Position numbers and translations under genes: made by a program
Shown: in pieces, positions 31,427-37,989 of the stretch
Layout of the letters: every line of letters starts with the position of its first letter
Position numbering within the stretch: position 1 is the first letter of the stretch
Notes under the pieces: generated by a model
What the model was told of the DNA's origin: nothing
Databases searched by the model: none
The model's input: only the letters and a program-made list of their open reading frames with translations
Origin: Salisapilia sapeloensis CBS 127946
Lineage: Eukaryota; Protista; Oomycota
Assembly (NCBI GenBank): GCA_023334545.1
Contig: JAADVB010000186.1
Span: forward strand, 1-37,989
Direction: 5' to 3'
Length of the DNA: 37,989 nt

Positions 31427-32824
31427 TTATTTCGAAATGACACGTAGGACGGTGCCGAGGAGGACCATGGTCGTTGCGAGTGCGAGGATGCGCAAGTTAC
31501 GTGTGCCTTGGATCTCTTTAAAGTAGAGAGCAGACCAGAGCATGGACACCATGGCAGGACCGATGGACGTGACGGGGTACGCTTGGTCGAAGCCCATCAT
31601 CCCGGCCGAGTAGAGCTGTCCACCCAACCCAAGTGCCCACATGATGCCACAGATGTAGGCTGGGCGCATGGCACTTCGAGGCATCGACTTGCGAAGGACG
31701 AAGCGGTGGAAGACAGAGTAGAGAAGGAAGACGACGGTGCTGGCGAGGTAGATGCCGAGGCACTGGGAGAAGATAAAGTTGAGTGGGTTGCATGTCGAGA
31801 TGAGGACTTCTCCGTCTGAGTCTTCAATACGGGAGGCCTTTGGTCGACACGCTTGTTGCCACTTGACGAATGGCACGAGGCAGCAGCCGAGGAACATACC
31901 AACGAGGAGAGCGATGACCATGCCGATCGTCTTCCTCCTCGCCTCGTCTTTTTCGTTCTGTAACGCAATGTGTTCGCTATAGTCTGCCGGCATCATGAAA
32001 GGTCCAAAGTTCGGTAGCTCTGGATGCATGAGGGCATCATGGAGAGATTCATCTCCACTTGACAAGCCTCGACGATGCAAGCGTTTCGGTCTTGTGACTG
32101 TGCTGTACGACGTTTGTTCTTTTGACAAGAGCTCGGTTTCTTCATCCGATGTCGAGTACTCTTGTCCGTCTGCGGCAAAGTGCACCTTTGGATCTTTGCT
32201 CGATGTATCCGTATTTGCCGTTTTCGGACTAAGCTTTGCGTCCGAGTCGTCTGATAACGTCGGTTTGATCATGCTGTAGACAGCGATGGAAGCGAGCATG
32301 AAGAAGATGCCGAGAGCACTGAGCCACGGGTACGTTGGTATCGTCTGCTGGACGCCAAAGAGACCGTAGCGCGAGATGAGGTAGCCGATGAAGATGTTAG
32401 TGGCGTTCCAAAGCATGAATCCAATACCAAGTCCGAGGTTATTGACAACCGTTGGAATGAGCAGATTGGCGATGGCAAACAAGGCGCCTCCGAGCAGTCC
32501 TTGCGGGAAGGTAAATAGTCCGGACTGAGCAAAGTGGCTCCAGTCGTTACTGACGAGACCCCATACGATACCAACCATCAAGATACCAGAGCACTACGCA
32601 CTTATGAGCACATGATCGAGTTATGACATCTATATAAACGTACCATGAACCATTGGAAGATGATGCCATCTACACGGATCGAGATACTGTCAAAAGATGT
32701 ATCAGACCTATTCACTTCAGATCATACCATAAGTCGGATATCGCTTCGTCGGGACGTAGCACGTGCCGAAGAAGAAGACCGCGACGGCTGCACCAATGTA
32801 TCCGAGTACTAAATTCTGCGCCAT
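31427..32824 (-). CDS. TMEM144: TMEM144-like (CEO / drug-metabolite transporter superfamily) membrane protein. 3 exons (32824-32728, 32669-32644, 32593-31427)
   Basis: Spliced N-terminus MAQNLVLGYIGAAVAVFFFGTCYVPTKRYPTY-DGIIFQWFM-CSGILMVG, plus GLGIGFMLW and GPAMVSMLWSALYFKEIQG. About 10 hydrophobic segments. Introns of 58 and 50 nt keep the frame. Confidence 0.88.
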
Positions 32825-32850
32825 CGTCCGACGGGTGTGGGAAAGATCGC

Positions 32851-32866
32851 GAAATTTGAAGTGAGG
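32851..32866 (-). promoter_or_regulatory. Oomycete Inr+FPR core promoter upstream of the TMEM144-like gene
   Basis: Minus strand CCTCACTTCAAATTTC fits TCA(T/C)TYBNNNWTTY and ends 26 nt before ATG 32824. Confidence 0.65.
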
Positions 32867-33031
32867 TCGAAGCAGACAGAAGTTTACGCTCCGATACAAA
32901 GAGTCTATCAACATGATAACGCTTCAGATTCGTTCAAATTCAGCTTGAAACAGTTTTGATTGGTGGAAAGTAGACGCACGGGAACTGGAACGAGCGGTAG
33001 ATTCCGAGCGAAGCGGCGCAAGGTCGACGTG

Positions 33032-34808
33032 ATGCACACGATGGAAGCGTCTGGTGAGCCAACGGAGGAGCGTAGTGCAGAGTATCAGGTAGGTCTCATG
33101 TCTGTCTTGCTCTTTGTTGAAGTTTGGACGAGGTAGTTGTCGTGGGGGAGGTGTATACGATAAAGCTTGTCCGTTTCATTTGGACTCGATGATGCCAAAC
33201 GATAGGGATACACTTCCCAGTCTTCTGTCGTGCGCACTGCATCCCACATTCCCTCCGTCGTTCCCACATTAGCGTTGGGACTAGTCTACCATCCCTTCCC
33301 ATTCGTACAGTTTCTAATACTCTTTTTAATTCCTCCTCTAGCCTCCGTCTGAAGTCGATAGCTACGCACAGATTACGATGAACATGAACGTCAATATAAC
33401 GACGACGAGCGGGATGGACCCCCCTCCGTTCGTCAACATCACTTCCTCGACGTCCAATTCGCCCATCCAGTCCAACCAGCGCCATGCGCTTCCTCCGTCT
33501 CTACCTCCTCTCGCGGACTCGAAGCCTCATTCCGGACGTCGACGCCGTAACAGTCAGAACAAGAAGCCGAGTCATAATTGGAAAAAGGAGGACGAGAACA
33601 CGTCTCCGCATGCCAAGAGTGCGTTTGAAAAGTTGAATACGTTAAAGCTTTTGCTCGACTGCGGACACTTAACGAAAGACGAGTATCAGGAACGGAAGAC
33701 ACAGATCATCAATGAAATGACAGGCACATCCACCGCCCGGCTTAAACCGTCTCCACGACGACCGTTGCAACCGATTATGAAAGTCGTCGTGCCGCATCTA
33801 CCGCCGGATTTTAGTCGCAAACCAAAGGAACGAGCGGATAAACTCTCCTTCGACCCCGACACACTCCAATGGACGTCGGAACGGACGCGTGTGAAGCTAG
33901 ATCTTGTTCCGTTTGCCATGGGACAGCTCCGAAATGCGCACTACATGCTGGAAGTGGGTGACAATGGGAGCGACATGGACCCAAAGCTCGTCGTTGCCAA
34001 GTTCAGTATTCGAGGAGGAGAGCCCTCGGCCTACCTAAGTGACGTGGAGATGCAAGCGGTGTGTGCCCACTACGCCCAGCTGTATAATGAGCATGAGCCG
34101 CCTCTTAAAGTCACGTACGCGCAGTCCTGGGCGTTGAAACTCGTGGATCGGGGAGAGCGGACACTGTGCTCCGTGGAAGAGCACTTGGATGGGTCCTATG
34201 TAAAATATAGTAACAATAGCGGATACGTTGGTAAGGAGACGAGCAGTAAGGAAGAACGGGAGCGCAATACGCCCCAGGCGTTTTCCCATTTTACATTCGT
34301 CGCATCTGACTATCGTCTCATGGTCGTGGACATCCAAGGTGTCAACGACAGTTACACGGATCCTCAGATCCACACAGCCGACGGTCGAGGCTTTGGTGCT
34401 GGTAACTTGGGTACTTTGGGCATGGAAAAGTTCCTCCAGTCGCATCGGTGCAATGAAGTCTGTCGGTGGCTCGGTCTCCAGAGCATCAATGCGCAGTACA
34501 AGCAAGGAGGGACGGCTGCTCCATTGTACCAAATGCCGTTCGGGAGTGCGATTAAGAAGAGCACGGGACGGATTACGGAAGAAAGGAATACGTTTTCAAC
34601 GTCCGTGACGGTGTCGGAGGCATTTGGTGGAAGTGTGGATGACACGAGTGACGTGGAAGAGGTGCGTCATAAGGACGGACAGGATGGTCTGTCGTATGCG
34701 GTTGTGAGGTCGCCGTCGAGTAAAAAGGTGGATGGAGTGGAAGTCCGGATTGCGTCCTTTTGGTGGCGTGTCCTTCAACGTCTCTTGTGCTGCTTTTATT
34801 GCTTTTAG
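33032..34808 (+). CDS. Alpha-kinase (eEF2K/MHCK-like) with SHOCT-like domain. Main exon 33342-34808; putative first exon 33032-33088
   Basis: PFAMGQLRNAH, VAKF, DVEMQ, VEEHLDGSYVKYSNNSG, PQAFSHFT, VVDIQG, TDPQIH, FGAGNLG, SHRCNEVC (Zn ligands). The 5' exon structure is uncertain; the alternative start is 33378. Confidence 0.92.
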
Positions 34809-34878
34809 GTAGATGAACGCAATAAGTTATAAGTATTTGATGGATATATTTAGCTCCTTGTCTTTTGGTCATTTTGAA

Positions 34879-36706
34879 ATGGATGCGACGCAAGGTCTTG
34901 TCGATTCAGAGGTGGTGCTCCAAGAGGAGACGCCACATGTCGCCAAAGGTATCTTGTCTCGAGCACTTGCAGCAGCGATAGGACAGAATGACACCAAGGT
35001 CGTATTTGACATCACGCTGCTGAATGAAAAGATGACGGCATTGTACGTGTAGTAGGATCACGAGATGGGGTATGTGGCTGATTGATACTTGTAGAGAACG
35101 TGAAAATAAAGAGCTGAGGCGTCAGCATGCAGAGATGAAGCACGAGCTAGAGAATGCCAAGCAGGAACGAGATGAAATGTACCAGTATTTACATAGTAAG
35201 TTGGATCAGAAAGTAGAGATAGCGAAGCGCTTGGAGTCTGAGCTTCAGACGACTCGAGAGCAATTGGAAAGACAAGTTGAAATGCATGAAGCGTACGTGA
35301 AGAAAATTGAAAATGAGCATGAACAGGAGATAATGGAAATGAAAAGTCAAGTTGAACGGCAGTCTGCCGAGGTAAATAACTTGCTTGCGTTTGCAGAGGA
35401 AAAGGATCGGATTGAAGGCAAAGTCGCTCAGTTGGAAGCTTTACTTAGTCTCAAGTCGGCAGAATGGCAGGAGGAGAAGACGAATATCGAGCGAGAGTCC
35501 TTGATTGATCGGGAAAAGCTTCGGAGGAAGTTGTTAGCGTTTCAGACTGAACATGATGAAAGCGAGCTTATCGAGCGAGGCTCCAAGGAAGAGATTTGCC
35601 AATTCATGAAGCGGATGAAGAAAGAGAAAGCTTTCATGGTACAGCAGCTAACTCTCCACAGCGAGGAAACGGAAAAGATCATGGCCAAGCAGAAAGAGTT
35701 GGAAGCCGAGGTGCAGCAATTAAAAGTTCGGGCGCGAGTAGCAGAAGGAAATGCTTCGGAGTTGGTAAAACGAAGTCATCATCTGGCCAAGATCGTACGA
35801 AACGTTTCCAAAGATGCTTCGGAAGGCAGTCCGGAGAATACGTCAGTCGTCGAAACTGCTTGCGAAGACACACCATCTGTACTTACTGAGTCAACGGATC
35901 AATATGTACAAGAGCTAGAGGTAGCCTTGCAAAAGGCAAGGAAGTGTATCCAAGCCTTTCAAAAAGAAAGAGCATATCTGGTAACTCAGCAAGATGAAGT
36001 CGTCCAATTTCTCCTTCGAGCCTTGTACGAAAGCTCCCAGCTATTGCAACAAGAAGGCGACACCAAGGTTGATTCTGTCGAGGCAAATAAGCGACTATCT
36101 ACACTTGCACTTTCAGACAGGATGGATGACCTCGTAGCTCAGCTTCCGCCGATCTCTGTGGATGAGCTTGGGTCCTCTCAGATCCAATTCCTTCTCAAGT
36201 GTCTAGTAAAAAAGATACAAGTGTATCAAGAACGCATCGCTCTTATCTACCAGAAGAAATCACCCGTTCGGAAAGCAGAACAAGAGGAATGGAAGGGACG
36301 TAGAGGCTTGTTAGAAAAGCAACTGGGTGTTCAGCTACCTCCGCTTAGTCCAATTGCCGTCAAGTCCTATCTGTCTCCGTTAAAACAACATCGACGGATC
36401 TTTCAACTGGATGGTTCATTTACAAATTTGACTGAAAATCGGCATAAAGCTCATTCTAATAAAGCTGTTGCTCGGTCCATGAAAAGGAAGAATCAAGAGC
36501 TACTGGTCATGGCAACGCACCCGTTCAACTTTACTTCGGCAGTGTCGACAAAACCAGCTCCAAAAGCTACTGTGAATGAGAGAACGCCATCCCCAGTGTC
36601 ATGTGCGACCACACCAGAAGACCGAATGGAGAGGACGCCTGTTTCCGTACGTGTCCAAGTTCCTTACTTGTCCAACGTAGCATCCGAGGATACTGCTCGT
36701 GAATAG
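34879..36706 (+). CDS. Coiled-coil cilia/basal-body protein, CFAP157/BBOF1-like. 2 exons (34879-35042, 35095-36706)
   Basis: A 52-nt GTACGT...TTGTAG intron (35043-35094) joins in frame. DEMYQYLHSKLDQK...LLAFAEEKDRIE...IERESLIDREKLRRKL resembles the CFAP157/BBOF1 coiled-coil pattern. The family assignment is by eye. Confidence 0.65.
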
Positions 36707-36750
36707 ATAGAAAAGAAAGAAGAGCTTGTATACGTTTCATTCTGTTCCTT

Positions 36751-37712
36751 CTATTGATAATCTTCTTTCTCCAGGTCTTTGCTTTTAATCACGCCAATCT
36801 CCACGAGCTTTCGAGCCAACTTTATCAAGTATAAGTACATGAATTAGCTAGATGTAAATAAACAACGTACAGCAATTGTTGGGAAATTATCTTTGGATGT
36901 AGCGATGTTCGGCTTGGTGCCAAAGTTTGCTATTTCCTCCGTTTCATCATCTTCCACCAGTCCATCGAAACCAATGACACGTTCGGGGAAAGCGACGCCG
37001 TCTCGGAAGCAGATGACCGTTGGTAGTACACGGACTACTAGCTTGTCGACGAAGAATGGAGCCTTCTCGGCGTTCATTTTGAGAAATTTGCACTCAATAT
37101 GCTTCTTTGCCAAGCGTCCCAAGTGCTACAAGATGGATGAATGGATCTGCTGTGTGTGGAATCTAATATTAGGCGTACCATGTCCATGATTTTGCATCGC
37201 TCAAAGTCGTTATGATAAAAGTGGACGGCGACAAGTGGACTACTCGTGACTTCTTTCAAGAATTCATCCTGTGAGATCTCTCTGAATTCACCATGGCCTT
37301 TTGCTAGTAAACTCTGCTTCTCCTCATGCTCCTTCTTTAGCTCCTTCAATCGAGCTGCTCGAAGTCTATGCAAATGGTCAGAAGTGGTTATATACAAGAT
37401 CTAAGTGTCGTACGCTTCTAGTTCAGGATCATGCTCCAGTTCGTCCAGAAGGTCATCATCACTGTCATTTTCATCTTCATTGTTGCCGCTATTCGATACA
37501 AATGCATCTTGCTTTGTCTGGTCGACTCGACCATTCACCTGAGGACTCGGCTGACGCTTCCTCTGTTGACGTGCTTTTTCCTCCTCCTTTGCTCGTTTAC
37601 GGTCTTCCTGCTCATGCATCACCTTTAGCTCTTCCGCAGCAGTTTGCATGCGGTCTGTAGCTGCCGCATGAGCCTCTGCACCGAAGAAATTGCCGCCAAA
37701 TTTGCTCGTCAT
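36751..37712 (-). CDS. TXNDC9: Phosducin-like protein 3 / thioredoxin domain-containing 9 (CCT co-chaperone). 4 exons (37712-37414, 37365-37179, 37125-36871, 36819-36751)
   Basis: LRAARLKEL, GHGEFREISQDEFLKEV, VAVHFYHNDFERCKIMDMHL, KFLKMNAEKAPFFVDKL.VRVLPTV, IGFDGL. Introns of 48, 53 and 51 nt with GTACG donors all keep the frame. Confidence 0.9.
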
Positions 37713-37989
37713 GGCCAAGTCAAGTCGTTTAATGTGTCCGTTCAAATTTCGATACAAAAAAGAGGTGTCCGGTACAAGTAATATACCGATCGGTATCTCG
37801 TAGGTTTCCAAATGTGCTTTTGTGTGTCCAAGAAGCATCTTTTGTGCGTTTGATGGATATTATGACTTGATCTTGTGATGACCTACATGCACATATGGGT
37901 ATGGATTTTGCGTTGACGATGTGGAGAGGTATGGTCGGAAGGTTAGGCCAGTTGATGACCGCTCGTATCCGGTGCAGACACGGATATTC

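Noticed and set aside
1-37989. CRISPR arrays, rRNA, prokaryotic operons or defence systems
   Set aside because: None seen. Spliceosomal introns and eukaryote-specific genes show this is nuclear eukaryotic DNA.

Overview
Eukaryotic genomic DNA, most likely an oomycete (stramenopile). Evidence: Phytophthora/Pythium-style full-size ABCG transporter, oomycete Inr+FPR core promoters, GTACG-type splice donors, oomycete-type Harbinger relic. The window has two compartments. (1) 1-7100: tRNA-Val(CAC), then AT-rich, gene-poor DNA with a decayed IS630/Tc1-like transposase and a decayed two-ORF PIF/Harbinger element whose transposase is split by a ~300-bp insertion. (2) 7196-37712: a very compact block of 12 protein genes (several gaps of 24-111 bp; most introns 48-58 nt). 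In order: PDR-type ABCG transporter, coiled-coil protein, 1612-aa protein with PSMD9/Nas2-type PDZ domains plus ankyrin repeats, 2-Cys peroxiredoxin, ACSF3 malonyl-CoA synthetase, 6-exon unknown protein, SWR1 remodeler with a C-terminal WW-like/F-box/beta-helix module, PIMT with a Sld2/RECQL4-N-like tail, TMEM144, SHOCT-alpha-kinase, CFAP157/BBOF1-like protein, phosducin-like TXNDC9. The most interesting signals are the unusual domain fusions (SWR1-F-box, PDZ-ankyrin, PIMT tail). All family calls come from recognising motifs by eye; no searches were run. Exon models are manual.
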